Positions 1-10,434 are shown, numbered from the stretch's first letter. The stretch is 64,000 bases of DNA from an uncultured Anaerococcus sp. (GCF_943912385.1 NZ_CALTTY010000005.1:22746-86745), one strand, 5' to 3'. The notes: a model not told the origin generated them from the letters alone. Numbers and translations are program-made.

Positions 1-90
1 TAAGCCTAAGATAGCGAGTTTATTTGATAAAAACTTTTGTAGCGATCTTTTTGCTAAAGATGATTTCTTTTGTTTTTTTACTTCTGTCAT
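1..90 (-). CDS. Peptide/nickel-type ABC permease, OppC/DppC-like (5' part only, runs off the window)
   Basis: ATG at 90 gives MTEVKKQKKSSLAKRSLQKFLSNKLAILGL, a typical OppC N-terminus; lies directly after the OppB-like gene. Confidence 0.8.
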   Translation of the reverse strand, partial: MTEVKKQKKSSLAKRSLQKFLSNKLAILGL

Positions 91-98
91 ATTTTCAC

Positions 99-1067
99 CT
101 ACAATCTAATTCTTGGGTCGAGGATAGCACTTAGTACATCGACCATGAAGGATATTACTAGCATGACTGCTGCTATTAAAAGAGTTGTAACCATGATTAT
201 CGGATAGTCACCACTTGTCACAGCCCCCATCAAGGTCGATCCTATGCCTGGCCAGTTAAATACTGATTCTATAACTACAGATCCTCCTATAAGACCAGGA
301 ATTCTTAGCATAATAGTAACTAGAATTGGTCCCATAGAGTTTCTAAAGGCATGTTTTAGATAGACCTTCCATTCTGGTATACCCTTACTCCTGGCTGTCT
401 TTATATATTCCTGGTTCATAACTCCAAGCATAGAGTTTCTTGTATATCTTAGAACTGTAGCAATCATCGCAATTGAAAGAGCTAAGGCTGGAAGAACAAG
501 ATTTTTTGCCTTATCTAAGAAAGTTGTCATACCGTAGACATTTCTTCCTCCCACAGGAAACCATCCTAAAGAAAGAGCAAATACTGATATTAGAACAATA
601 CCAAATAAGAATTCTGGTATGGATTGACCAATTACACCTATGACTCTAGCTATATAATCTATCGGTCCATTTTGATTGACTGCTGAAAGTATGCCTAAAA
701 GAATACCTAATACTGATGATATTATTAAAGATGCAAGGGCAAGCTCAATTGTAGCCGGTAATTTTTGAGCTAGGATGTCTTTAATAGGTTGACCATTTAT
801 TATGGAATATCCAAAATCACCTCTTATAATCTGGCTTATCCATCTGCCATATTGGACTAGGATTGGATCATCGAGTCCATATCTTGACCTTAATTCTGCT
901 ATCACGGCTGGATCCCTCGCTGTACCTGGTGGCAAGAGGTAGTTTATTGGATCTATCGGCATAGCCTTTAAGGCAACAAATATTAGAAAAGAAATTACTA
1001 CAAGCATTGGTATCATTTGTAGTAATTTCTTTAATATGTATTTAAATATATTGCCATTATTTTTCAT
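99..1067 (-). CDS. ABC transporter permease, OppB/DppB family
   Basis: EAA-loop region YIKTARSKG, HAFRN, IESVFNWPGIG, C-terminal LDPRI. Confidence 0.95.
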   Translation of the reverse strand: MKNNGNIFKYILKKLLQMIPMLVVISFLIFVALKAMPIDPINYLLPPGTARDPAVIAELRSRYGLDDPILVQYGRWISQIIRGDFGYSIINGQPIKDILAQKLPATIELALASLIISSVLGILLGILSAVNQNGPIDYIARVIGVIGQSIPEFLFGIVLISVFALSLGWFPVGGRNVYGMTTFLDKAKNLVLPALALSIAMIATVLRYTRNSMLGVMNQEYIKTARSKGIPEWKVYLKHAFRNSMGPILVTIMLRIPGLIGGSVVIESVFNWPGIGSTLMGAVTSGDYPIIMVTTLLIAAVMLVISFMVDVLSAILDPRIRL

Positions 1068-1146
1068 ACATTGTCTCCTTTTCTAACCTTTCTTATTAAA
1101 ACTTTACAAAATTATAGGGGCAACAGTTGTCGCCCCAATTGAATAA

Positions 1147-2829
1147 CTATTTAAGCTCCCAATTTTCAAATCCTATGTCTGCTGCAAACCATGGATTTGT
1201 AAACTCAGCTCCATTAGTATTTACATTGTCTGTATTTACTAGTATTTCATTTTTAAGCATGAAGATAACTTCTTTAGATAAGTCTTCTTCTTCGACAGCT
1301 TGAAGGTCCTTTAAAATTTCAGCTCTCTTATCTTGGTCAGTTTCTTCTAGAAGGTCTTCGTATAAGCCTTCGTATTTTTTACCGACATCTTCACCAAATA
1401 CTCTTACAAGGTTATTGTTGGCTGGGACATATTCTCCGTACCATTCTTCATAACCAAATGCTGATAGGCCCTTAAGAGCTATATCATAGTTTCTAAGTTC
1501 CATTAACTCTTGGGTAGCATCACCTGCAAATTTTTGTACGTTTACTGCAATTCCAACATCTTGTAGGTTTTGAGCTATAGAGTTGTATAGGTCAACAGAT
1601 GATTGGTCCGCCATGTAGTACCTAAATTCAAGTGGTTCACCTGGTGTGTAGCCAATTTCTTCTAAAAGCTCTTTTGCTTTTTCTGGATTGTAAGCATATT
1701 TTTCAGCTTGGTCATTTTTATTGTCAGAATCTTTTGCTGGTACACCGTAGGTTGACACTTCTGCAAGGCCTGGGAATAAGCTGTTTGTTAGATTTTCCCT
1801 ATCAATTGCATAGTAGATCGCCTGCCTAAATTTAGGATTTTGAATCCATTCGTTAGCTGGTCTTTGATCATTACCTGTTTGGTTAAATACTAGGTAGTAG
1901 TAGAAAAGTGTATCAACAGTTTGACCTTCCCAATTTTCTTTTTCAGAAACTGCTTGGATTTCTGTTGGTACTTTTGAGTTAAATACGTCTGCTTGATCAC
2001 CCAAGACTGCATTTAATTTTGCATCTGATGGGACAATATTTACTACTACAGAGTTTATCTTTGGCTCTTCACCTTCATAATTTTCGTTTGGTTCAAGGGC
2101 AAGATAGGAATCTGTTACAACTTCTTTTACCTTGTACATGCCATTTGTTGTTGGATTTTTCCAAAAGTCTGCTGTGTGATATTCTGTCATATCCACACCT
2201 TCAAAACCTGCCTTTGGAAGAATAGCAAATTGGGATAGGATAGGAATCATATTACCAACTGACTTATCCATTTCCATTGTTAGCTTGTTTCCATCCACAA
2301 CTAAACCTTCTACTTCTTCAGCTTTTCCTTCTTTATAGTCTTCGGCACCTTTTATTGATGAAAAGGCAGATTTATAAATTGAGTTTACCTTAGCACCTTT
2401 TAAGGCTCCTTCTATAGAAAATTTCACATCTTCAGCTGTAAGATCAGACCCGTCAGACCATTTTAATCCATCTTTTAGGTTAAATTCATAGCTCATGCCA
2501 TCATCTCCCATAGAGTATGAGTCTAGTAAATCCTCCTTAAATTCTGTTAATTCTGGATTTGCTTGGAAGAGAGATCTAAATGTAATAACCTTGTAGATAT
2601 CACCACGGTTCCACCAAGGAGTATCGAAGTTTGTACCTTCCCCTTGCTTGTCAAATAGCATCCTTAGTGATTTTTCACCATTATCATCATTTTTAGAAAC
2701 TTCTTCTACCTTTGTTTCTTCCTTCGTTTCTGCTTGTTCATTATTATCAGGCGCTTTCGCACCACCACCGCATGCAGTAAGAAGCATGATAGCAGAAAGA
2801 GCTAAACCTAGTACATAATTCTTTTTCAT
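1147..2829 (-). CDS. ABC substrate-binding lipoprotein, family 5 (OppA/DppA-like)
   Basis: Lipobox LTAC; LKWSDGSDLTAEDVKFS family-5 signature; RQAIYYAIDR. Confidence 0.92.
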   Translation of the reverse strand: MKKNYVLGLALSAIMLLTACGGGAKAPDNNEQAETKEETKVEEVSKNDDNGEKSLRMLFDKQGEGTNFDTPWWNRGDIYKVITFRSLFQANPELTEFKEDLLDSYSMGDDGMSYEFNLKDGLKWSDGSDLTAEDVKFSIEGALKGAKVNSIYKSAFSSIKGAEDYKEGKAEEVEGLVVDGNKLTMEMDKSVGNMIPILSQFAILPKAGFEGVDMTEYHTADFWKNPTTNGMYKVKEVVTDSYLALEPNENYEGEEPKINSVVVNIVPSDAKLNAVLGDQADVFNSKVPTEIQAVSEKENWEGQTVDTLFYYYLVFNQTGNDQRPANEWIQNPKFRQAIYYAIDRENLTNSLFPGLAEVSTYGVPAKDSDNKNDQAEKYAYNPEKAKELLEEIGYTPGEPLEFRYYMADQSSVDLYNSIAQNLQDVGIAVNVQKFAGDATQELMELRNYDIALKGLSAFGYEEWYGEYVPANNNLVRVFGEDVGKKYEGLYEDLLEETDQDKRAEILKDLQAVEEEDLSKEVIFMLKNEILVNTDNVNTNGAEFTNPWFAADIGFENWELK

Positions 2830-2907
2830 TTTCCCTCCTGATTGAAAAAATTAATGTTTACTAAAATATTTTTCGATTTCCTAGAAAAACATTTTCCTAC
2901 TGACATT

Positions 2908-2936
2908 ATTATATATTATTTCAAAATTAATTTCAA
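2908..2936 (-). promoter_or_regulatory. Sigma-A promoter of the SBP/ABC operon
   Basis: TTGAAA-N17-TATAAT on the minus strand. Confidence 0.65.
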
Positions 2937-2943
2937 TATTTTA

Positions 2944-4350
2944 TTATTTTTTGAAAGTACTTTTATTATCTTGATCCATTAACCAATCGAAATCAAATTC
3001 AGTATACTTAATAAACTCTTTCTCCTCTCCTTGGGCTATTTGTCTTTGTTCATAAAGAAGACCAAAAATCCCCTCATCTGAAATTAGTTCTATACATGAA
3101 TAGGTAAAGTTTGTAGAATTTATCCTTTTTTCCTTAATTGTTTTAAGACTCTTATCTTTACCCACTTCCATTACTCTGATGAAACCGTTATTTCTTCCTG
3201 GACCCTTAGGGTTTGCGACTAAGATATACTCCTTATTTCCTCTTTCATACTTACAAACCGATACCATACAAAAAGCTTCTGACTTAAAATCTGTTTCTAT
3301 TAGATTTTCTGAGAAACTCTCTCCATTATCAGTGGAATAAGAGTAGAGGATATTATTTGATGTAGTTCTTGAAAACAAAATGATTGTACCGTCTTTAAGG
3401 CGGACTAGCTGGCTTTCACTAGTGTTAGTCTTAACATATCCATCTAGAGATTTATATTCATTAAAATCATTTACAGATTTTGAACGCTTCCACCTTTTTC
3501 CAAAATCATCTGAGTAAATAAGAGCTGCATGCTCCCTAAGGTCGTATATATCACAATCATTATCAGTAGTATAATATACAGGCACAATAATTCTCCCCTC
3601 CGGTGTTTGAATTCCCCTTCCCGGACTAACCCCCAGAAACATCATCCTATCATCTGCCACATCCATAGATATATCTTTTGGAGATTGCCAAGTTCTTCCC
3701 CCATCTTCTGAATATGTAAACCATAGATAGGAAGTTTGGTGGACCTGGTAGGAGGACTTGTCAGAATAAATATTTCCTATGTACTTATCCTTATCATATA
3801 TATCACCAAGACTATCAAAAGGATACCTATCTTCCATTACAACTGTCATGCTTGTTTTAAGATGGTCCATGGTATATACACTTCCATCCTTTATATAATA
3901 CCTCTCGTCGATTTTCTCAAACAACAAGCTATTTTGACTTGTATAAAATAAGATTGGACACTTTTCTCCACAAACTTCTACATAACCTGTCCCTTTTTTC
4001 GCTGTAAGATAATTTCCATTTGACTTAAATTTATCTAAGACCATATATATCTTGTCCTTATTCTCAAAATCTGCTGGGATAAGGCAGGTGTCTATAGTAT
4101 AAGTTGGATTTTTAGATCCAGTATGAGCTTGTTTGAAAGGTTTTATTATGGAAGAAAATTCATCCTTTCCTTTCGTTCTAATCCTTATAGCAGGCTCTAT
4201 CATACCACCCCAATCGCTTTCAGTCTCAAGCCTCTGGTCAGCAGCTGCTATAAGATCTCCATTTTTTAACCTAGCTAGACTTGGTATCCTATAATATGGC
4301 GACCCGTCTAATCCTGGATAAAATAAATTTATGACTTTACTTTTATACAT
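2944..4350 (-). CDS. Sialidase (GH33), no signal peptide, probably cytoplasmic
   Basis: YRIP motif; Asp-boxes SEDGGRTW, SDDFGKRW, STDNGESF; C-terminal YS containing the catalytic Tyr. Confidence 0.9.
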   Translation of the reverse strand: MYKSKVINLFYPGLDGSPYYRIPSLARLKNGDLIAAADQRLETESDWGGMIEPAIRIRTKGKDEFSSIIKPFKQAHTGSKNPTYTIDTCLIPADFENKDKIYMVLDKFKSNGNYLTAKKGTGYVEVCGEKCPILFYTSQNSLLFEKIDERYYIKDGSVYTMDHLKTSMTVVMEDRYPFDSLGDIYDKDKYIGNIYSDKSSYQVHQTSYLWFTYSEDGGRTWQSPKDISMDVADDRMMFLGVSPGRGIQTPEGRIIVPVYYTTDNDCDIYDLREHAALIYSDDFGKRWKRSKSVNDFNEYKSLDGYVKTNTSESQLVRLKDGTIILFSRTTSNNILYSYSTDNGESFSENLIETDFKSEAFCMVSVCKYERGNKEYILVANPKGPGRNNGFIRVMEVGKDKSLKTIKEKRINSTNFTYSCIELISDEGIFGLLYEQRQIAQGEEKEFIKYTEFDFDWLMDQDNKSTFKK

Positions 4351-4380
4351 ACAAGCTCCTTTTTAATAATCTCTTAAGAA

Positions 4381-4409
4381 ATTATAAGTTAAGGAGAAAT
4401 CATTTTCAA
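4381..4409 (-). promoter_or_regulatory. Sigma-A promoter of the sialidase
   Basis: TTGAAA-N17-TATAAT on the minus strand. Confidence 0.65.
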
Positions 4410-4646
4410 TTTTAAAATATTTTTTGAAAATACTTTTGCTCACTCCAACAAAAAAAGCCCTCATAAATTAGGGCAGAAGGTTTAGAAAATAGGTTTATTT
4501 AAGTTTATTCTTATCTTGAATAATTAGGTGAAACTAAGGCTTTAAGATATCTCTAAGATTTGTCCACCTACTCCGATAAGAAAAAAGGGGTGGTTTAACT
4601 TTGTTTACAGGCTGTATCCTCCATAAAAAAGGTCTAATTTTATCAC

Positions 4647-5879
4647 CTACAAATCCTTCATCAATTCCAAGGTCACCAGAAATGACTTGTAGAAACTATC
4701 TACCGGGAGAAATTCCTTGTTTGAGTGGAAGTTGTGGGCTCCTGTGAAGTAGTTTGGGGTAAATATTCCCCTTGTTGATAGGAAGGACCCGTCTGTACCT
4801 CCTCGCATGGGGATTGTCTTTTCTTTTATCCCTAGCTTTTTATAAATTTCTTTTAACTTTACTACAGCTTCTTTATTTTCCTCAGTCATGGAATCTAGGA
4901 TATTGTTGTAGACGTCGGTGATTTTGAGGGCTATTTCAGCTTTTGGGTATCTTTCTCTTAAGAGGTCAGTTATTTTATTAAGGTAGGTTTTTGTTTTTTC
5001 AAACTTTTGCCTGTCGTGGTTTCTTATATTAAAGTCTAAACTTAGGTCTAATACATCTCCTTTTATATCTGTAACCCAGACATAGCCTTCCCTATTTTCT
5101 GTATTTTCTGGCATCTTTGCCCTATCGAGACTTCCTATAAAATCATGGGCAATCATTATTGGGTTTACTAAATTTCCCTTAGCGCTCATGGGGTGGGCAG
5201 GAACACCCTTTATTATTAAAGTACCGCTTGCTGCATTGAAGGTCTCGTAGACAAGCTCCCCCAGTTCACAACAGTCAATTGTATAAGCATAGTCTACCTT
5301 AAATTTATCAAAGTCAATCTTTCTTACTCCCCTGAGTCCTATTTCCTCATCTGGGACAAAAGCAATCTTAATATCTGCGTGGTCTATATCTGGATTTTCT
5401 TTTAAGTAGCAAAGGGCTGTCATGATATTTGCAATAGCCGCCTTGTTATCAGCCCCCAGGACAGAAGTCCCGTCTGTAAAGATCAGGTCATCTCCTATGT
5501 AGGCTAGGACTTCTGGATTTTCCTTAGGGGAGATTATAAAGTTTTCATTTATCCTTATGTCCTTGCCGTCATATCCTCTTATAAGCTGGGGGTTTATTTT
5601 ATCAGATAGACCCACATCTACCGTGTCAAGATGGGCCACCCAGCCCAGTGATTTTTCCCTTTCTCCCCTTTTAGGGAGTCTAGCTTGGACTACTCCATAT
5701 TTGTTTATATTTATATCGCAAAGGCCCAGGTCTTTAAAATCAGCTGCTAAGACTTGACCCAGCCTTAGCTGACCTTGACTTGATGGGATTTTTTTATTTT
5801 TCTCATTAGATTGGCTAGGTATACTTATGTATTTTAAGAAATTTTCTACTAGCTTGTCTTTTATAATCTTTTCGTCCAT
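4647..5879 (-). CDS. pepT: Peptidase T (M20B tripeptidase)
   Basis: AHLDT, LGADNKAA, PDEEIG, RGGTDG and HNFHS motifs; start at MDEKII assumed. Confidence 0.93.
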   Translation of the reverse strand: MDEKIIKDKLVENFLKYISIPSQSNEKNKKIPSSQGQLRLGQVLAADFKDLGLCDININKYGVVQARLPKRGEREKSLGWVAHLDTVDVGLSDKINPQLIRGYDGKDIRINENFIISPKENPEVLAYIGDDLIFTDGTSVLGADNKAAIANIMTALCYLKENPDIDHADIKIAFVPDEEIGLRGVRKIDFDKFKVDYAYTIDCCELGELVYETFNAASGTLIIKGVPAHPMSAKGNLVNPIMIAHDFIGSLDRAKMPENTENREGYVWVTDIKGDVLDLSLDFNIRNHDRQKFEKTKTYLNKITDLLRERYPKAEIALKITDVYNNILDSMTEENKEAVVKLKEIYKKLGIKEKTIPMRGGTDGSFLSTRGIFTPNYFTGAHNFHSNKEFLPVDSFYKSFLVTLELMKDL

Positions 5880-5936
5880 ATTTTCTCGATTCTTTTTTAT
5901 AGTAAAAACCACATCATGACTGTGGCTATCACCTTG

Positions 5937-7133
5937 TTAAAGCCCTATATCAAGGGCTTTTACTTCTTTATCATAGTCTATATAATATAATTTGCCATTT
6001 GCTACCCTGTAGCCAAAGGATTCTATATCCTTTTCTACAACCTCTCCTGTGAGATAATTTATAATATCCATCCTAAAGAGGTGGTCTGACTCGTCAAATT
6101 TGACTGGTTTTTGGATTATAATATTTTCTCCGATAAAGCTAATTCTTTCAGTATCATTCATAGGGTATCTTTGATCTTTTACAACCATTTCGTTTTCTTC
6201 TGACTTAAAAATCTCATAGACTGGTTTATCCTTGTCAAAGTGCTTGGCACTCATGACGAAATTGGCCTTAGTGTCTTTTTCGATAAGCTCAGCTTCTTGA
6301 TCGAAGTCTTTTTCAAAATCTATCTTATAGAGACTGGTTGAGGCGTCTTTTTCAAGCTTAGTAAAGACTGCTTCCTTATCTGTGATCCCTACTCCTATAA
6401 CACTTTCTTCATCAACAGTCCTTGTTGCCTTATAGACACCAATTTTTCCAGTCTTTAGGTTGACTTCGGCAAGGCCTGACTTATCTCTAATTAAGGTATC
6501 ATTATTGCCGTTTTCTTCGTAATAGGAATACATACCATAGACCTTATCTCCAATTATACCAAGGGGTATTAGGGTTTCGTTGTCCCCAAAATCATAAAGG
6601 GTGGTTAGGTCTTTGCCTGATATTTTTCTTATTGAAAAGTCATTTTTTACATAAGAGCCTAAGACAAAGATGTTGTTTGAATAAGGAATATAGGATGCAG
6701 AATATTCTTTTTCGTGAGCTTGGCCTTCTTTATTGAATCCTTCTTCTTCAAGAGCGTCTACAACCTCTCCGTCTTTTACAGTGACTAGGTCATAATAGGA
6801 AAAGAAATAGTCGTCTCCTGTGAGGGCCTTTTCATCTTCTCGATCATCCTCGGATTCTTTGTGATTTTCCTTTGTATCCTCATCCTTCTCTTCTTCATCT
6901 GGATTATCAGAATCTTGTTGATTTTCTACAGGTATGACTTCCTTTTTGACCTCCTCTTCTTTATCTTCTGGGTAGGTTCTTTTTATTTCTTCATCTTCTT
7001 GGCTTTCTTCTTGTTCTTTACTTTCTTCTACTTGTTTTTTCCTTGCTAGGGACTTTTCCCTTTTAATTTCTGTCTGATTTCCACATGCGCTAAGGCTTAG
7101 TGCAATTATCAATAATGCTAATATTTTCTTCAT
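5937..7133 (-). CDS. Hypothetical lipoprotein with an acidic low-complexity linker and a probable beta-rich domain
   Basis: Lipobox LSAC; E/D/K-rich N-terminus; translationally coupled to the permease. Confidence 0.75.
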   Translation of the reverse strand: MKKILALLIIALSLSACGNQTEIKREKSLARKKQVEESKEQEESQEDEEIKRTYPEDKEEEVKKEVIPVENQQDSDNPDEEEKDEDTKENHKESEDDREDEKALTGDDYFFSYYDLVTVKDGEVVDALEEEGFNKEGQAHEKEYSASYIPYSNNIFVLGSYVKNDFSIRKISGKDLTTLYDFGDNETLIPLGIIGDKVYGMYSYYEENGNNDTLIRDKSGLAEVNLKTGKIGVYKATRTVDEESVIGVGITDKEAVFTKLEKDASTSLYKIDFEKDFDQEAELIEKDTKANFVMSAKHFDKDKPVYEIFKSEENEMVVKDQRYPMNDTERISFIGENIIIQKPVKFDESDHLFRMDIINYLTGEVVEKDIESFGYRVANGKLYYIDYDKEVKALDIGL

Positions 7134-8503
7134 TAATTACTCCTTAAGGCTTCTATAGCTGATAATTTGGTAGCACGTCTGGCTGGGATGTAGCCTGCTA
7201 GGACTCCAACCAAGGAGGAAAATAAAACCCCAACTAGGGCAAGCCCCGGACTTATGGCAATAATATTTGATTCTGTCCCAAACATCCCTCCTCCTGCCAT
7301 CATGCTATTAATAATCTTACCCACTCCGAGAGAAATTAATAAACCAATTATCCCTCCGAAAAATCCAATAAACCCAGATTCTATTAAAAATAGGCTCCTG
7401 ACATCATTTATGGAGGCTCCAATTACCTTCATGACTCCGATTTCTTTTTGCCTTTCATAGATTGACATCAACATGGTGTTTATTATCCCAATTGCTGATA
7501 CTATAAAGGCGACAGAGCCAATACCTCCGAGGATTAGGGTTACCTGCATGGTTTGCTTTTTAATCTCTTCGGCAGAGCCTGCCTCTGATTGGGTGTTAAA
7601 GCCGAGTTTTTTTATATCTTTTTCTACTCTTTCGAGATTCTCGACATCATCTACTATGATCCTTAGGTTGTCGTATTTTATCTTATCAGATTTTTCTTCT
7701 ATAGGCTTTCCGTTTGCGTCAAAGGCTTCTTCTAGTTGGGGATATCTTATTTTTTTGTCTTCTTCCTTTAATTTTTCATAAAAACTTTCGTTAGTATAGG
7801 ATGACCAACCCTTTAGAAGGGCCTTGGAATTAAGTTTTCCGGCAAGTCTTACCTTTACGTCGACAAAGCTAGGCTTGTTTATCTCTTCTTCTTGGTTTTC
7901 ATCACTGCCAAAATTTACCCCATCGTCATCTTCACCATCCTTAAAACCTAGGCGAAAATAGTAGTCATGGCTAGGAAATGAAAATTCTTCTTCAAGGGGC
8001 ATGGATGACCAACCTCCATCAGTCATCTCCTCTATCTTTTGAACATCAGCATTTTGACCTAGAACTATCGCGTTATCATCTGAAGTCGTGAGGCTAGATC
8101 CCCATTCAAACATGTCCTTACTTAAGAGGCTAAAGACCTCATCTGGTATTACTTCAAAGCTGGTATTTATCAAATATTCATCCTCTTTATCGACCCAGAT
8201 TTCTCCCCAAAAGTTTTTGGATGGAACAACTGCCTTGACTCCCTTTACATTTTTGAGCTTTTTTATATCTGTATCCTTGATATCCATGCCTTCGCCTTGG
8301 TTATCATTTATAATATTTATAGATGTAAGACCACCAAAGGATTCTATCATTTCTTTTTGGGAATTTGAAATTCCTGTGGCAAAGGCAAGCATGAGTATAA
8401 TTGATGTGGCGCCGATAACTACTGAAAGGACTGTTAGGATGGTCCTTGATTTCCTACGGGATAGGTTTCTCAGTGCCATCAATATCCTGTCACTAATCTT
8501 CAT
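7133..8503 (-). CDS. MacB/FtsX-family ABC permease
   Basis: RNLSRRKSRTILT N-terminus, large extracellular loop, ERQKEIGVMKVIGA, PARRATKL. Confidence 0.92.
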   Translation of the reverse strand: MKISDRILMALRNLSRRKSRTILTVLSVVIGATSIILMLAFATGISNSQKEMIESFGGLTSINIINDNQGEGMDIKDTDIKKLKNVKGVKAVVPSKNFWGEIWVDKEDEYLINTSFEVIPDEVFSLLSKDMFEWGSSLTTSDDNAIVLGQNADVQKIEEMTDGGWSSMPLEEEFSFPSHDYYFRLGFKDGEDDDGVNFGSDENQEEEINKPSFVDVKVRLAGKLNSKALLKGWSSYTNESFYEKLKEEDKKIRYPQLEEAFDANGKPIEEKSDKIKYDNLRIIVDDVENLERVEKDIKKLGFNTQSEAGSAEEIKKQTMQVTLILGGIGSVAFIVSAIGIINTMLMSIYERQKEIGVMKVIGASINDVRSLFLIESGFIGFFGGIIGLLISLGVGKIINSMMAGGGMFGTESNIIAISPGLALVGVLFSSLVGVLAGYIPARRATKLSAIEALRSN

Positions 8504-9470
8504 CGTCTATTAAAAGCTCCTCGTCTTCTTTTTTATTCTTCCTCTTCTTATATAAAATTGCAGCAAGGATAATAATTGTTATAAGCCCAATCCAAACAAA
8601 GGGAGATTTAAGAACTGATCCCTGGCCCATGGAAGGGTCTTCCATGCCCATTTCTTCACCTAAGTCTCCTCCCATCTCACCTTCCATACCTTCGGGCATA
8701 CCTTCTACTACTTCGTTTTTAAAGTCTTTGATTTGGGTGTGGACCTTGCCTGTGGAGTCTTCATAAGATAGCATTATCTGTCCTTCAATTTCGCCTTCTC
8801 TTGTTGGAGTAGCTGTAAAGGAGAAGGTCTCCTGGGTGCCGGTGTTAAAGTTTCCTATAAATTTCCTGTCATTATCAATTTTTATTCCCTTGCCTATCAC
8901 ATCACACATAAAGGTATTTAGGTTGTCCTTGCCTGTGTTATAGATATTTACAGACATTTCTGTGGGACTTCCGACAATAAGCTCGTCAGATTTAACCTCG
9001 CCCATGGTGACCCCTGCCCTTTGGACTACTGGTATGCCAATTGCTTCTGTGGTTTTGTATTGGTTGCCATCTCCGTCTTCATACTCTATTGATAGATCTA
9101 TTACGTAATTTCCTGCAACAGCATTGGGGAGGACATTCATGGTGATGTGTTTGTTTGCAGTATTCCAAGGATATAGGGCTGCTACATAGAATGAATTTGA
9201 TTGATTTACAGGTGAAAATACTGATCCGTCCGATACCATTGCATTATTCTCTCCTGTGTTTTGGGGTTGGGCACCGAGGTTTTGTTCTATAGTGGCCTTT
9301 AAGTTATAGATGGTATTTTTATTATTGGTGTTATAGAGGCTAAAAGATAGGTCAAAACTTTTTCCTGCTTCTGCGATCTTTGGACTTAGATTATAAGAAG
9401 ATATCATTATCTTTGGTTGGTTTTTTATGTTTATCGGCATATCTATGGATGTGTTTTGAGTGTCGTTCAT
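8493..9470 (-). CDS. COG1361-like (S-layer/Ig-like domain) membrane-anchored protein
   Basis: NQPKIMISSY..AGKSFDL..N beta-sandwich pattern; C-terminal TM helix followed by a KKRKNKK tail. Confidence 0.7.
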   Translation of the reverse strand: MNDTQNTSIDMPINIKNQPKIMISSYNLSPKIAEAGKSFDLSFSLYNTNNKNTIYNLKATIEQNLGAQPQNTGENNAMVSDGSVFSPVNQSNSFYVAALYPWNTANKHITMNVLPNAVAGNYVIDLSIEYEDGDGNQYKTTEAIGIPVVQRAGVTMGEVKSDELIVGSPTEMSVNIYNTGKDNLNTFMCDVIGKGIKIDNDRKFIGNFNTGTQETFSFTATPTREGEIEGQIMLSYEDSTGKVHTQIKDFKNEVVEGMPEGMEGEMGGDLGEEMGMEDPSMGQGSVLKSPFVWIGLITIIILAAILYKKRKNKKEDEELLIDDED

Positions 9471-10174
9471 TATAGTACCTCGTCTATGGATAGTTTTTCG
9501 TGGACCCTATCTAGCCTTCCATCTCTCATAAAAAGGGTCCTGTCTGCAAATTCTGTCATTTCATCATCGTGGGTGACCATGATAAAGGTCTGCTTGTTTT
9601 CTCTGGTGATATCCTTGATAAGCTTCATAATTTCAAAGCTCGTCTTGGTATCTAGGTTTCCTGTTGGCTCGTCGGCAAAGATTATAGAGGGTCTTCCTAC
9701 AAAGGCCCTGGCTATGGATACCCTCTGCTGCTGGCCGCCTGATAATTCATTGGGCTTGTTATAAAGCCTATCTTTAAGGCCAACATCTCTTAAAATTTTT
9801 GCGGCCTCCTTTTTTCTCTCGCTAGCTCCTATCCCCTTAAAGGTTAGGGGCAGGGCCACATTTTCCCAGGCAGATAAATAAGGAAGGAGGTTATAGGACT
9901 GGAAGACAAAGCCTATATTTAAATTCCTAAATTTTGTTATCTGGGCTTCTCTTAGTTTAGCAAGGTCAATATCCCCATAGGAGATAGACCCCTTAGTCGG
10001 TCTTTCAAGTCCAGCTAGCATGTTTAAAAGGGTAGATTTCCCAGATCCTGATGTCCCAAGGAGGGCTATAAATTCGCCCTTGTCAATATCAATATCTATC
10101 CCGTCCAGGGCCTTGATCACAGTTCCACCCAGCTTATAGTATTTTTTTAAATTTCTTACTTTTATTAAAGTCAT
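9470..10174 (-). CDS. ABC ATP-binding protein (LolD/MacB type)
   Basis: GTSGSGKST, LSGGQQQR, ADEPTGNLD, VTHD. Confidence 0.95.
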   Translation of the reverse strand: MTLIKVRNLKKYYKLGGTVIKALDGIDIDIDKGEFIALLGTSGSGKSTLLNMLAGLERPTKGSISYGDIDLAKLREAQITKFRNLNIGFVFQSYNLLPYLSAWENVALPLTFKGIGASERKKEAAKILRDVGLKDRLYNKPNELSGGQQQRVSIARAFVGRPSIIFADEPTGNLDTKTSFEIMKLIKDITRENKQTFIMVTHDDEMTEFADRTLFMRDGRLDRVHEKLSIDEVL

Positions 10175-10434
10175 AAGTCCCCTTTAGTGTTTGGTTATAT
10201 GTATTACACCTAAATTTATTTTATCATAGCAAAGTCCTACTTACAAGCTTATTTCTTATAAGATTTTGTTAATTTCTGCTAATCTTCCTTAAAATATTTG
10301 TAAGAAATTTAAAAATAAAAAGACTAGGACCTGCCTAATCTTTTAAAAATAGTTATTTATTTGTAAGTCTTATAAAAAATAGGAAAGTATCTATTCTTTT
10401 TTGGTTTACCTAAGTCTATTTAAATTATAAGTCT

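Noticed and set aside
10240..10310. CTTA/TAAG words upstream of the ABC ATPase, resembling response-regulator boxes
   Set aside because: Spacing is inconsistent and the context is AT-rich; too weak to call
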